A DNA stretch of 64,000 bases from the human T2T-CHM13v2.0 reference genome, Homo sapiens. Under the pieces are notes generated by a model that ran no database searches, had not been told where the DNA came from, and saw only the letters and a list, made by a program, of their open reading frames with translations. The stretch lies in NCBI RefSeq assembly GCF_009914755.1, contig NC_060941.1; one strand, written 5' to 3'. The translations under genes and the position numbers were made by a program. Below are positions 1-15,887 of the stretch, piece after piece. The first letter of the stretch is position 1. Each line of letters starts with the position of its first letter.

Positions 1-1879
1 ATAACATTGTAAATTGTAAATAAAATTTCTTATAAAAAGGGGAAATGTATATGTTTTTAAAGCATCAAGATACTGACTACAGGATAAAATCTGGAGGAAA
101 AAATAGATGAGAATAAAAAGAAAAGAAGGAACTTGGGAAAATGTCTTCATTTTAATATACCTATATTTAGTATGATTCTGTTTTTTAAAAAATTTAATCC
201 TGAGTTACAAAGCCATAAAAATCTACTTAGTGTTTGTAGTCACTTTATATATATTTTAAACACTTTCATATTGGTTAGTTATTTTTTCTTCAGGTAGCAT
301 GAGTCAGATGGTGGTTCTAACTTAATTCCATAATCTACCATTGTGTTGTAGTTATTGTCTGAGATCTAAATTACAGCCATGGCATCTCGTATTTTATTCT
401 CCAAAACTCCACAACACTTTAATACTTTATTTGAAATGATTCAACTGGGAGAGTATTAATCAAATATATCACTTGTATAGGGTAAACCTTTATAAGAAAA
501 AATTACCCAGGAATTCTTCCTAATCTTGATCTGTTATTTTTTTTTCAACTTAGATGTTGAAACATCTTTCAGTAGAATATTTCCTTTCTAGTTTGCCCTG
601 AATTCTTATCTTGGAATCAGGAATCTTTCAGAGAACATGTGTTCATCTCTGGAGCTTCAAGCCAGCTTGATGTCTCAAAACCTTTTTAAAGTAATTTTCC
701 CGTGATTGCATTCTTTAAGTGACAGAGAATCCTCATTTTTGCTCCTTTTTGCTAACAGCAAGGAGACTTTTAGTTTCCATTTCTTGTATTATAGAGCCTT
801 GCATTCTTCTGTTTTTCCTGCAGATAGCAAAAGAGAAAAGAATAGTGGAGTAGAGAAAATACTAAATGATTAGATTCTTGACTCTTGACATGAGAATGAC
901 ATTCTACTTTCTGTCCTCGCATCAGAGGCTGCAGACTGATGGTCTGAGATCCAGATAGAGCCCCCAGAGCTCTCTTGTTTGGTCTGTATGCTGTTAGCCT
1001 GCATGGTTTTTAAAAGAAATTATTTGTTGCCACATTTCACTTGGGAGAGTTCACATAACAATTTCCTCCTTCTCTAGTCAGTTGAAACATCTGGCAACCC
1101 ATGACCCAGCTTCCTGCCCACCTCAGCCCCATCAGCTGGAGCTCATGAACAGCTACCCTCTCTTAAACAAGGCAGGATCCCTCCTACCAAGTTCCCAGCT
1201 CCCCCTGCTCCCGCCTGACTTCCCAAGACTAAAGCCAGCCTTGGCTGCTGTTTGTCCTCCTGATTACAGGATTGTTTTTCTTAGAGCTGAGAAATAGTTT
1301 TATATTTCCTGTCTCCATTACAAGTAGGAAATAGAGGATCGTGCGGACTAGTTTTTAAGATAATGGCCCATTTGATTTATTTTATTTTTTTTTAACTTGC
1401 TGGCCTCTATAACCCATTGAGTTTACAGACTCAGGAGAGGAACCCACTGCTGAGACCTAATTCAGCTACTACTATAGCATAATTGGAACCATCTTTCCAA
1501 TTATGCCTACTTTTGGTAATTCCCTGCTGATAACACAGCAGCCAGAAATATTTGTATTTCCTCCTAAAGTTTTCTGAGTGACTTCGTTAGAAGGCCAAAT
1601 TTTTAAGAAAACATTCATGAGGAATCTAAATGTTGCCATAAAAATTGTTTTGGGCTTACCAGTGGAGATTTTTGCTATCAGATTTGTTTTTAATCTTACC
1701 AGCATGTCTTCTCACTTAGCATACGTCACTGGCTTCAAGCCAAGAAGGTGAGGATTTCCATACTCAAATTCCCACAGGATAGGCAGGGGACTTAAACCAA
1801 TGATAGAGACTGTGCTTAAAGGGCAGTGATAGTTATTTTGAAATATATAATATACAGTATATTACTATAATCACCCTGA

Positions 1880-2070
1880 TTAAACTTCAGATGTCTCACC
1901 ACAGAAAATCATGAGTAAGTGAGGTGATGGATATGTTAACTAGCTTGATTTAATCATTCCATACTGTGTGTGTGTGTACATGTGTACATATATCCCAACA
2001 CATCACATTGTACCCATAAATGTATATGATTATGATTTATCCATTAAAAATAACATTAATTTTTTTAAAA
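1880..2070 (+). mobile_element. Old L1 (L1MA-like) 3' end fragment
   Basis: gaggtgatggatatgttaactagcttgatttaatcattcc...catcacattgtacccataaat typical of L1M 3' UTR, with A-rich end. Confidence 0.7.
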
Positions 2071-2379
2071 AGACAGCAGTAGTGATTGCCATTTGGCTTT
2101 AGTGTTTGGAAGACAATAGAGAAAATAGTGACAAACCAGGGGATGCTCGTCCTATCTGAAGGGGCAGCTGATTCTCAGCTTCAGTAAGCAGTTGACTCAT
2201 GGAAATATGGGCCCACTGTCTCCTTGCCTAGTCCTTGGTGCCTTTTCATGACCTCCCTTTTCCAGTGAGGGTATGTAGTTCCCTGGGTGATATTTGTAAC
2301 CAGATGTTTTCTCAGTGCTCCCATGGGATCCCCAGGGCTCTACCTGTCTCACATCTCTTTTTCTCCTATTTTCCATCAG

Positions 2380-2497
2380 GTGGCAGCAGACTTCCAAGTC
2401 TTCAGGTTTGTCCAGCAGCTTACAGCCTGCGGGTGCCAAGGCTGATGCCCTCAGGGAAGAAATGGAAGAGGCTGCCAACAGAGTGGAGATTTGCAGG
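2380..2497 (+). CDS. ARHGAP44: ARHGAP44 exon (~7), BAR domain: (R)WQQTSKSSGLSSSLQPAGAKADALREEMEEAANRVEICR
   Basis: Acceptor ttccatcag|G, donor AGG|gtacct; 118 nt, phase 2-0. Confidence 0.95.
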
Positions 2498-3690
2498 GTA
2501 CCTGCCCTCTTTGCTCCTCTCTACTGGGACAGGCTGGGGAGCCCTCAGGGATTCCCTTTTTGTTCACTGGAGTTCTCTTAAAACTCTGTCAGTGAGGCTC
2601 TAGTTGAACTGAATGTCCCCAAGCCCGCCGGCTAGCATCTCCAAGGAGTCCAGGATGAACCCAAGGAGTTGGGGCTTTGATGGTGACCTAGACAGGGAGG
2701 CAGCATTCATTTATCATTGGTGGTCCTGCATGCTAGGCAAAGAGGAATGACCTTTATTTCTGTGTGAAGCTTTTGTAAATCATCTGAGTCCCAAAGAATA
2801 AATTCTAGGTGACACAGGACAGTTGAGAATTTGACCATAGATGAGCCTTGACTCACTGTTGATACTTAGTTATTTCCTTTTTGGCTGCGTTTTGATATTT
2901 CCTGAGTTGCTTTATCCATCCTATGCCTCCTGGAAGACACTTATCTATGAAGTTGAAATGCTAGCCATGAAAAGAGTCACAGAAAAGAAAACTTCCCACT
3001 TGTTAAGAGAGAGGACATCGTTCTGAAAACTGCGACTCTGTACTCGTGTAATGATGTCCTTCGTTGTACTCATTCAGATGTTTCCCATCTCCTTTTCTTG
3101 CAAATATTTCACGGGACTTAGGTAGCAATAGACCATTCACGATGCTCTGTGTATATGTACATCTCTTTACCTGCATATATGTCAGCTTGGGTTTCTAAGG
3201 AAACCAAAACTCTATTTAGACCCAAGGAACAAAAACATCACATTTCTGTAACTATTCTGGGAACCTGTCCTAATCACATCCAGTTTTGAAGGAGAATAAC
3301 CAGTTTGCCTGTGGACATCTCTGTTCTTCATGGCTCTGTCTAGTCTTAGCTTGTCCATAGGCTTTTTCTCTTACAGCCACCCTGTGCAAGTGGCTTTGAC
3401 CTTGCATTCAGGTGACATTCAGAATCAGGGAGAATTTCTCTCTAGAATTAGAAACATTGAAAGATTTTTAAAGAATTCATTATCTCCCAGCCTACAGTAC
3501 TATGGAACCAAGCAAAGTAAGACTAGTACTTCATATGCCAGATTTTTTGTGAGTGCAGCTGATTTGTCATTTGAACTCCTGCATATATGCCAAATATCTG
3601 GCGTGTGTGGTATTCCTGAAGCATAACTCTTCTCTCCTTCCAATTTCATTTTTACTGTGTTTTCTTTTTTTATTCTTTTCTCTCTCTCTC

Positions 3691-3988
3691 TTTTTTTTTT
3701 TGAGGCAGAGTTTCGTTCTTGTTGCCCATGCTGGAGTGCAATGGCACGGTCTTGGCTCACCGCAACTTCCGTCTCCCAGGTTGAAGTGATTCTCCTGCCT
3801 CAGCCTCCCAAGTAGCTGGGATTATAGGTGCACACAACCACGCTTGGCTAATTTTTTTTGTATTTTTAGTAGAGACGGGGGTTTTACCATATTGGCCAGG
3901 CTGGTCATGAACTCCTGATCTCAGGTGATCTACCTGCCTCGGCCTCACAAAGTGCTGGGATTACAGGCGTGAGCCACCGTGCCTGGCC
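3691..3988 (-). mobile_element. Alu (S family)
   Basis: Full dimer, poly(T) start, ends gagccaccgtgcctggcc. Confidence 0.93.
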
Positions 3989-4480
3989 TACCGTCTGTTT
4001 TTTAACTATCTACCATGGATCTATGTTCCTCTGTTAAGAATTCTTTTTTCTTTTAATTTCTTTTTCAATAGACAAGAGAGGGTGGTGGTAAGCAAGGATG
4101 CTGGATGTGAATATCCAAATAGATCAGGATAAAAGTTCAGTAGCTTTATCCATTCCTGTCTAGCTTATATTCGCTATTGTGCCAAAAATGTATTCATTTC
4201 CTCTTCAAAGATTCGTAGTACATGTTCAGCATAATGAGTTAAAAAATACAAAAATATATAAAGAAAAACACTAATATTCTCTCCCTTCCTGTCCAGCAAC
4301 CTTTCTGTTTCCAAACAGGGTAGAAACCTCCCCACCAATATTTGTTAAGACTTCATTATGACAATGCACTTTGTTAGGTGCCAAGCAGCCATAACAGTTA
4401 TAAGGATAAGGAAGCCAGTGCTAGATAGAACCTGTTATATCATACTCCAGACTTTTCTTCATAATCATACATAGTCATAG

Positions 4481-4822
<342 letters not shown>

Positions 4823-4915
4823 TATATGTTTGTTTTTAATAAAACAGTCATATTATTTATATTAATCTACCATTTAATTTTCTCAGTTAACACCACATCC
4901 TGAACATCTCTCTAG

Positions 4916-5249
<334 letters not shown>

Positions 5250-5259
5250 GTTAGTCTTT

Positions 5260-5290
5260 TTTATAAATTGCATGATATTCCACAGTAGGG

Positions 5291-5328
<38 letters not shown>

Positions 5329-6450
5329 CATGATTTATTTAGCTATTTTCCTATTAATGGATGTTCAAACTGGTGTGTTTTAGTTTTAGTTTTTGGCATT
5401 CCCAAAAATGATACAATAAATATATACTTATATGTATATCCTTATACCCTGGTAATTTTTTTTCTATAGGATAGATTCCAAGAAGTGACATTTTTAGGTC
5501 AGAGTCTATGCATACATTTTTAAATTTTCATACCTATTGACAGTTTACTTCTCTGAAAAGGAAATTGCATTTTACATTTCAACCAGCAATATATAAAATT
5601 GCACATTTTTCTTCATCTCGTAATGCATGTTGCTCCTATTTTCAATTTTTGCCAATTTGGTGAGGGAAGAAAAACTACCTCTTCACTATTGTGTTCTTAA
5701 TTTCCCTGAATATAAATGTTGATGAGTATCATGTATTTATTGGACATTCTTCATGTATTTATACACATTCTTAATTTGGTGAATTGCCTATTTGCATTGG
5801 CAATTGGCCCAGTATTTCTATTGCTTTTCTAAAATATCAATTTATAAAAATTATCTATGTATCAGCAGTTTTAAACTTTTTTCTGCCTGCTGTGCTGCAG
5901 ATACCTTTTCCAGTCTGCCATTTGTCTTTTGACTTTATGTTGACATCTGCCATTAAAAATTTAATAATGTGTTTCCTTTGCATGGGAAAAGATCCTGGGT
6001 AGCCCTTTGGACATCTTCTACACAAAAGTTAAATGATTTTTCTTCTTTAATTTTATGTTAATGTTTTAAATTCATGTTATACACCTATTTTATATACTTT
6101 AATACATCTGAAATTTATTTTTGTATATGATGTGAGGTAGGGGTTTCTTTCTTTCTTTTTTTTTTTTCCAGATAGATAGTCAGTTATGCCAGCATCATTT
6201 GTTAAATAAGCCACCTTCCCCTGAAGTGAAATTTCACTATCTAATTACTCTAATTTATTTCTGGACTCTATGTTTCATTAATCTGTTTGCCTGCACCTGA
6301 GACGATAGTATACAGTTTCTATTCTAATGATTTCATAGCAAATATAATCTTCAGTAAGGTAGCCCCCACTCCTTTTTTTGTAGTTATCTTGGCTAGTCTG
6401 TTACATCCATTTTATTATATGAACTTTGAAATGATCATATCCAGTTCATG
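5260..6450 (-). mobile_element. Highly diverged L1 (L1ME-like) fragment
   Basis: T-rich antisense L1 motifs (tttacatttcaaccagcaatatataa; atttttgtatatgatgtgaggtaggg; atgccagcatcatttgttaaataag). Confidence 0.6.
5293..5324. repeat. (CA)n microsatellite
   Basis: Direct observation. Confidence 0.95.
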
Positions 6451-7232
6451 AAACCCTACATTGTGCTCAAGGGAGTCTCATTTGTGTGCTGAACTGACCT
6501 CCTTGAGAGTGCTTAATGCTGGTTTTGTTAAAGTTCTCTTCTGATTATTCTTTTATTTTTACTTTGTTGGTTGCCAACCGTTTTAAATATCTACCTTGGT
6601 TTTCCTACCTCCCCTTGCTGGGTTTCCTCGAATGGGTTATTTCCCCTGATCTCTTCATGGTTTTATATTTCCTCAGCAGGCAAGTGTTTGGGATCTCCTA
6701 TATTGTGGCAAACCAGCCAAGTGCCAGTTTGTAGGCTGAAAGTTAATGAAGTAGTAATCTGATTCCTCTTTTTTGAGGACCAAGCAGAGCTCCCCAGATC
6801 TTTGGGAACCAGAGAGATTTAGCCCACCAGGAAAACCAAGTCAAGATGTGTTCCATAAGACAAAACCCACTGAGCCCTCAGGCAGGCTTGCAGGTGCAGC
6901 ACTGCCTTCCTGTGTTCTTTCAGGAGCCCATCCAAACCCTGCCTTCCTCCCTACTTCAAGATGAGACAAGCCCAACTCTTCACAAGTGGTACTTGCTTTC
7001 TCTTTTCTTCCCAAGGCTTTCTATAAAAGACCCCTGAATCAATACATCCAAGGAAGTATAAGTAGTTGGTAATTTTTCAATAAGAGGAGAGAAAGTGAAG
7101 AAGGACCTGTGAGCAATGATGTAACAATAGAGAAGACAGTGAATAGAAACCTAATCCACTTGGCAACAGCAGTATCAGTTTCATTTTGCTTCGTACAGGA
7201 GACTGGCTGCAGTCTTAGGATTTTCACTGTAA

Positions 7233-7589
<357 letters not shown>

Positions 7590-8093
7590 CATCACATAAA
7601 TTCTTATCCTTGCTTCACCCACGTCTCTGTTTTTCTCATTTAGCCTTGTCCTCTCTCTCTTTTAGTTTGTATCTCTTCTTTTCCATTTTATTCTTCTTCA
7701 ATGTATAATCTTTCCTTTTTGAAAGTCAAACTTGAGTCTGGGAAAGACAACAACAGCAGGACAGATGTCTAGCTCATTTTGTCCTCCCCACAATCTGAAG
7801 AGCACATATATTGTTAGACTAAAAGACAACCTTGAGTCTGAACCTACAATTCCTTACTACAAAATTAGTGCCATGTCATGGGAAGTAAATGAGATGCTGG
7901 AAGAACCCATCAGTACTCTCTAATTTGGAAGGCTGTGGAATGGTTGGGAAGCATTTACGTTACTTCAGATCCCTTCTGCCAAAAGTATCTAGCCCAGCAA
8001 ACCTACGAGCAAGCGTGGCCACACCCAGTGGGAAGCCAACTGGTGGCAGAGCTTCCACTGGTGTGGATTTTTCTGAAACACCAGTGGAAGGAT

Positions 8094-8280
8094 AGGAATA
8101 AATAGGAGGAGCACAGAGGACTTGGGGGCAATGAAATTATTCTCTAGGATACTATAATGGTGGATACATTGACATACATTTGTCAAAGCCCCCAGAATAT
8201 ACAACACTAGGAGTGAACCCCTAAGTAGACTATGAACTATGGAAGACAATGATGCACCAATACAGGTTTATCAATTGTAA
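8094..8280 (+). repeat. Inverted duplication, left arm (old L1 3'-end fragment)
   Basis: Reverse complement of 9616-9802 with 3 mismatches in 187 bp. Confidence 0.95.
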
Positions 8281-8693
8281 ACCTGGGCTGGGACCTTCCT
8301 TGGCGTGTCAGGCAGGAGTACCACAAGGAGGCTGGACACAGCCAGATCATTTACCTAACATGGAGGACAGAAGACATCATGTACAAAGATGTTCTTTGGT
8401 CTGTTAGCTTCAACAAATTCAAATAATTTTTATTATGATTTCTGAAGTTGCCTGCAGGCATCCTCTGTGGCAGCAGCCCCACAGGTTCTGAGTCACTAAA
8501 TTTATATCGGACAGAACTTAGATCTGAGAAGATTCTATCAGAATAGGCAGGAGGGGCAGGAAAGAGATGCTTACCATTTTAAGGTCAAAAAATAATCCTG
8601 AATAGATTACTTTTCTATGTTGAAGATAATAATAAAATACTCAAAAAGAGAACACTTTAAAAAAATATTTACTTATGATAACAATAAATTTCA

Positions 8694-9112
<419 letters not shown>

Positions 9113-9479
9113 TTAGGAAATATTTTTTAAGTAGAAAAATAATGCAGGTATGGAATCGATTTTAGTAAACAACAGAATTGACACTGCAGAAAGGTGAGCC
9201 AATGATGTAGAGAAAAATTTGAGAATTTCTTCTAGAATGTTAAGGTGAGAGCCAAAAAGAATGAAAGAAAAGATGGCAGATGTTGAAGATAATGGAAAAC
9301 CAATGTACAGATAATAGGGGATCCTGAAAAATAAGCCAAACAAATCAGAAGAGCATAGAAAAATAAAATTGACTTGCATCAAAGATCTCAATCTCAAATC
9401 TGTGATTCTGAAAAACAGAGATTTTGCACTTTTCTTTACCTTTGAAATGATTTTTTAAACAAACGTTCTTAAATCAGTA

Positions 9480-10340
9480 AACTTTATTTTTTAGAGCACT
9501 TCTAATTTTGCAGCAAAATTAAGTGGAATACAAAGAGGCCTCCCATATATGTCATTCCCCCACAAACATACAACCTCCCCCAATGTCAACATCACACACA
9601 CAGTGGTAGAGTCTGTTACAATTGATGAACCTGTATTGGTGCATCATTGTCTTCCATAGTTCATAGTCTACTTAGGGGTTCACTCCTAGCGTTGTATATT
9701 CTGGGGGCTTTGACAAATGTATGTGAATGTATCCACCATTATAGTATCCTAGAGAATAATTTCATTGCCCCCAAGTCCTCTGTGCTCCTCCTATTTATTC
9801 CTCCCTGCTGACCCTTGACAACCACTGATCTTTTTATTGTTTACATGCTTTTGTCTTTTCCAGAAAGTCATATAGCTGGAATCCTACAGTATGTAGCCTT
9901 TCCAGACTGGCTTCTTTCACATAGTAATATGCATTTCAGTTTCCTTCAAGTCTTTTCATGGCTTAACAACTCATTTCTTTTTAGCCCTGAATAATATTTC
10001 ATTGTTTGGATATACCACAGTCTATCCACTCGCCTACTGAAGGACATTTTTGTGGCTGCCAAGTTTGGGCAATTATGAACAAAGATGCTGTAAACATCCA
10101 CATGCAAGCTTTTATGTGACATACGTTTTCCATTCATTTGGGCAAATGCCAAAGAGCATAATTGCCTGATCATATGGTGAGAGTATGTTTAGTTTTGTAA
10201 GAAACTGTCATACTGTCTTCCAAAGTGACTATACTCTGCATTCCCACCAGCAATATATGAGAGGTCCTGTTGCTCCACATCTGTGCCTGCATTTAGTGTT
10301 GTCAGTGTTTTGGATTTTGGCCATTTCAATTAAGGTTCTG
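9480..10340 (-). mobile_element. Old L1 (L1MC-like) 3' region
   Basis: Antisense L1M motifs (gactggcttctttcac, tttagttttgtaagaaactgtcatactgtcttccaaagtg, cattcccaccagcaatatatgag). Confidence 0.75.
9616..9802 (-). repeat. Inverted duplication, right arm (within L1M-type element)
   Basis: Reverse complement of 8094-8280. Confidence 0.95.
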
Positions 10341-11261
10341 ATCCTTGTTCAGTCTGTTTTTTGCCTTTTACTGTGTTTGTAATTTTTTGCTGAAAGGCGG
10401 ACATGATGTATTATAAAAGAAACAGCGGTAAATAGTTCTTTGGTGATGTGGTAAGGTGTGGGAGAAGGGGAAGCATTCATAGTGCTATGATCGGTCTCTT
10501 TCTTTTGGTGAGCCTGTGCCTTAGGGCTGCGAATTTCACCAGTGCCTCTCATTTTGTTGTTGTTTTAATTATTATTATTCCTTTCTTAGGTGGGACAGAA
10601 TTGCTAGAGGGGGTTGGCGTTGAGTATTTCCCTTCCTCTTGGTAGGTTAGGCAATTTTAAAAGCCCAATAGTTTAGGCTTGGGTAAAATAATTTCTCTTT
10701 AGGGGAGACCTTGTTAAGAATGGAGTACTCTAGTATATTTCAAAATGGCTACTTTTTTCCTCCTGGTGCTGAAAGCAGGAGAGGATTTTTCTCTGAAATT
10801 TCCTGTGAGAACCTGGTCTTAGAGCTCCTAGAGGTAAAAGTGGGTCCCCCTGGAGGATTTAACTTTCACACTTGTCCATGCTGGGCCTCCATCAACTCGT
10901 CAATTACAGTACTGGTTTTCCTGCCCCAGTACTGATTTCCGCAGAGGTTTCTGCTAGTATCTTTTTACTTCAGTGAGTTATAATTCTTGTGTTTGCCTGC
11001 CTGTGTCTCCAATTTTCAGGGCAGCAGTTTGCTCTGTGAACTCACTTCACTGCCAAATCTAAGAGTTGTTGAGTTTCAGTTTGTTCAGCTTTTTACCTGT
11101 TAGTACTGACTTCAAAGCCCCCTGCGTGCTGGACCAGAAACTGGAAGTCAACAATAAAAATCAAGGTGTGATTTTCACCAAGAAAAATTATTTAAAAGAC
11201 CAGTATTTATAAATATCTTGGAGGCTTTTTTAAACAACAGAATATTTAAAATCCTACCATT

Positions 11262-11572
<311 letters not shown>

Positions 11573-12901
11573 TCATGAATTGTAAAATATTGCTAACAAG
11601 ATTTGACAAGAAGACAATCTTTGACAATATAATGACAAGAAGACATTATAAAATTGAGAGTTGTTTCTAGATGAGAAGAGTTAATATTATAAACATTTTG
11701 AATTTCCCAGAATTAATTTGATTAATACTGTAGTAAGTAGACATAATTGTAGTAAATTTTTCAAAGAATGAAAAAAGATTTCAAAAGTTAATATGGAAGA
11801 ATTACTAGAGCTTTGAATTACTAGTTCTTAAAATACATTATACAGTCACATGATTAAAACTTAGGAACTATTTCAGAAATATATAGATCAGTAAAAAAAA
11901 GACATTCCAGCATGAAGAAAATCCAAATACAATGTGATTTCATCTGATAAATAAGACATTTTCATACCATAGAGCAGTCTGCTCAATTCATGAACAGTTC
12001 TGGGACATTTGGTTAGCTATATATTTAAAAAAAAAAAAAAAAAAAAACAGCTGCCTGGTGGGATTACAGGTTAATTTGGTTACTTTTATATTTTTCTGAG
12101 TGTGGATTAGTTGTAAAATCAGAAAACAGGATTTTTCAAAATGCATTAAATTCTGTTGATTAATTATGAAAGGGTTTTTTACCTTTATAAAGAAAATTTG
12201 CTAATGATTTAGATAAATGAGAATTTGATTTATAGTTTCCTTACTTGAAGTGTGATTTTTTTGGAATCCATATTGTTAGCTTAACAACACAGTAATCCAA
12301 TCATGCCTTTAAAAATCCTTTCTTCTTCCTGAGGGCACATATAGATTTTTGTAGGGTCATCTGTTAGAGAAGCACAGATGCCGAGATGTTGAAGGTGTAT
12401 TTGATGCAACGTTTAGTCCTTCAGGGCCTTCTTTCCTTTCCTCTGTCTACTGAGCCATTTGTATCACTTAACTCTTTGTTTTTCTCTGACTTGAAATGTC
12501 CTCCTCCAGCTGCCTGGCTGGTGATGGATATCTCCTGAGCAAAGCTGCTGCGGGGAAGACAGACAGGGTTGATTCCCACCTTGGCAGCCTACAAAAGCAT
12601 TCATTTAAGGGACCTCAGGTGAAATGGAGCTGAGGTGATGTTTGAGCCCATTTTATTATTCTTTGGGAAATTTACCATCCTTGAGCCTTGATTTTTTTTT
12701 TCATCTGTTCATTCAGCAAACAGTTGTGGCGCCCCTACTGTGCTAAACACTTTGAGACAGTGGGTAACAGACAGATAAGATCCTTGAACTCTTGCTACCT
12801 ATGGATCTGAAATTGGAAATTCAATACTAAACCTAAGAGAGTTAGAGGAGAATTCCTTGTAACATTGTGCCTGGCATCTAAACCCAGTGAATGTTAACTT
12901 C

Positions 12902-13209
12902 TTTATTTTTTATTTTTTTTTTATTTTGAGACAGAGTCTCTCTCTGTCGCCCAGGCTGGAGTGGAGTGTTGTGATCTCAGCTCACCGCAAGCTCCGCTTC
13001 CTGGGTTCACGCCATTCTCCTGCTTCAGCCTCCAGAGTAGCTGGGACTACAGGCGCCCACCACCATGCCTGGCTAATTTTTTGTATTTTTTAGTAGAGAC
13101 GGGGTTTCACCGTGTTAGCCAGGATGGTCTCGATCTCCTGACCTCGTGATCCACCTGCCTCGGCCTCCCAAAGTGCTGGGATTACAGGCGTGAGCCACCA
13201 CGCCCGGCC
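12902..13209 (-). mobile_element. Alu (Y-like)
   Basis: Dimer; TSD tgaat(g/c)ttaacttcttt. Confidence 0.93.
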
Positions 13210-14498
13210 AATGAATCTTAACTTCTTTTACTCTTTCTTTATTCTGTGAAACTGGACCAAGCATAACATTGTCTAATCTGTACTTCAAGCTCTCTGGAGA
13301 ACACCCTTCCTCTTTTCACTCTGTGAGTCTGTTCTGTTGCCTTGTGTACAAGAACTCTTGAATGATGTTCTCAGCAATTGCTTGCCTGTCACAGATACTG
13401 AAAATGAAACATATTGCTCCTGCAAATCCCAGTGTTCTTAATGAGAATAGGCTTAATTAGCAGCTAGAGAGACTGAGGGTTATGGGGTTGGTGCAGATTG
13501 CTTGAGGTTTCATGGAAGAGCCTCTTCCTGAAGCATATAGTTACCTGCTTTCATTAGTTCAGCATCTAGGTCAGCTTTCTTGTGCTGTTGCCGTGTTTGC
13601 CCCAACCTGAACACGTAGGCTCTTCTCTCCTCAACTGAGTGCCTCTTCTAAGGATCTGCAGCCTAGAGCAGCTGCACAGGGAGGAACCTTAGAGATCGTA
13701 TGACTTGAGCAAGCAAGTTCGGATAAGTGACATGCTCAAAAATATGGTTAATGACAGAGTCTACATTCTGCTCAAAATGTACTTCTATTATGCCAGGCTA
13801 TGAGTGATTCCATAGAACTGAAAGCTGTTCTCCTTGGAGGACAAAACATTCCAGATTTCAATGCAGCATTGGGTCACCCAATCTCATGGACAACTGAATA
13901 TAGTGAAGGATTGATAACACCATTAGATCTGTGTGCAGTTTTGCATGAGTCCAGATTTTGCCAAGTTTTGAGTCAGCAATCCTTTCCCTGTGCACCTGTC
14001 TTATCCAAGCTTCCTCCAAATTGGTGCATTTCCATCTCTTTCCCATATGCTTGTGATCAACCAATCAGTGTTGAGTCAGTATTGAGAATGAAGGGAAGCA
14101 GACCAGTGGAATGATCAAAGAGAAGAAATGGCATTATCAAAAGAGCAATAGCACAATGTGTGCTTGGAGCTTGCTTCAGAATAGGGGCACAAGCTGTAGA
14201 GATGGATGGAACTAATTTGCACATCACTCCTCTACACCAACTTTGACTTTAGCTGTGGTCCAAATGTCAAAATCTCTGGGGAAATGACTGACATAGGTGT
14301 TCTTTTCAAACTTACGCATTTTTCAGAGTTGTGGTTGACAAATATGCAAATGCCCATGGAAAGTTTGTATCATATCAAGTATTAAAAAGGAGATTAAGCA
14401 GTGTTTAAGGCTCTTTCTCACGTGATGTGTTGACTTATGCATTAGCCACTCTCCATTGGTTTATGTTTTACCTTGGTTGTATATTTTACCTTGCACAG

Positions 14499-14567
14499 GA
14501 CCAGCTCTCAGCTGATATGTACAGTTTTGTGGCCAAAGAAATTGACTATGCAAACTACTTTCAAACG
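14499..14567 (+). CDS. ARHGAP44: ARHGAP44 exon (~8), BAR domain: DQLSADMYSFVAKEIDYANYFQT
   Basis: Acceptor ttgcacag|GAC, donor ACG|gtaagt; 69 nt, phase 0-0; not in the ORF track. Confidence 0.95.
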
Positions 14568-14786
14568 GTAAGTGCCCAGAAAGGTGAGATTGCTTAAAGG
14601 CTGTTCGTAGGAGAAGGGAATGTGGGCATGGAATTAAGAGTCCCGTAATTGATCACATCATAGAAAAAGGTGGGAGCTTTGACCATTTTACTAGTGAAAT
14701 AAATCCTGCCATGCTCCTGATATGGATTTCTCCAAAAACCTTAGAATAAAACTCAATCCCATCCCTCGGGATTATTGCAACTCAGT

Positions 14787-15012
14787 CCACTGATTCTCAG
14801 CCAGGAATAATTTTGTTCCTTCTCTTGGTGGGCAGTTGGCAATATCTGGAGACATTTTTGATTGTCACAGTTGTGGAGGGAGGTGCTACTGGCATTTAGA
14901 GGGCAGAGGCCAGAGATGCTTGTAAATATCCTGCAGTGCACAAGACAGCCCCCACACCAATGAATTATCCAGTCCAAAATGTCAGTAGGGCTGACATTAA
15001 GAAACTGTGGTC
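14787..15012. mobile_element. MER20-like hAT DNA transposon
   Basis: ggcaatatctggagacatttttgattgtcac...gtgctactggcat...gaggccagagatgct...aattatccagtccaaaatgtc. Confidence 0.8.
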
Positions 15013-15584
15013 TGTGCTAACAAGGGGCTTGAGAAAAATAGGAAGGCAATTCCTTCCCCCTGCACATTTTCTTTTTTAATCTAGATTTTATGAAAGGCAG
15101 TGACTGATAGGTATATGATGATTGATGTGGCCTGTTGGCCTGCCTCTCACCAATCAAAGTGATTTAGACAGTAAGAAACAGGATCAGAGTCATCTAAACT
15201 TGAATAAACTGGTACAAATAATTAAGACTCAGGTTGTTTACCAGGGTAAATGCAAAGCAAGTCAAAAAACTTCGAAAGAGAAAAAAGTTCAAATAAAAAA
15301 AAATCAGTTATGCTCACCTGCCTTTAAAGTTGGGAATAAAAGGCTAAGACCTAAAAGCTCTTGATTTATAATCGGGGAAGGAAAGGAATGATAAAGAAGG
15401 AAGGTAAGGAGAGGAAAATCAAGAAATTCTGCAAAGTTTAAAATGCTTTGATAAGTATGGTCAAACAACTGTGGGCTGTTAGAAATTTTCCAACATTTCA
15501 TTAGTGGTTCAGAATGCAGAGAAGCCCCTTCTACTGGAAAAGGAGTTGATATGCATTACTTCCAACTTGGAAAGTTTAATTAAT

Positions 15585-15887
15585 TAATTTATTTATTTTT
15601 ATTTTTTGAGATGGAGTCTCGCTCTGTTGCCCAGGCTGGAGTGCAGTGGCGTGATCTCAGCTCACCACAACCTCCACCTCCTGGGTTAAGATGATTCTCC
15701 TGCCTCAGCCTCCTGACTAGCTGGGACTACAGGCGCATGCCGCCATGCCCAGCTAATTTTTGTATTTTTAGTAGAGTTGTGGTTTCACTATGTTGGCCAG
15801 GCTGGTCTGGAACTCCTGACCTCGTGAGCTACCTCACCTCAGCCTCCCAAAGTGCTGGGATTATAGGCGTGAGCCACCGTGCCTGGT
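15585..15887 (-). mobile_element. Alu (S family)
   Basis: Dimer; TSD tggaaagttta. Confidence 0.92.

Noticed and set aside
8052-8090. 13-bp hairpin as a terminator or miRNA
   Set aside because: Eukaryotic context and too short for a pre-miRNA; better explained as a rearrangement junction.
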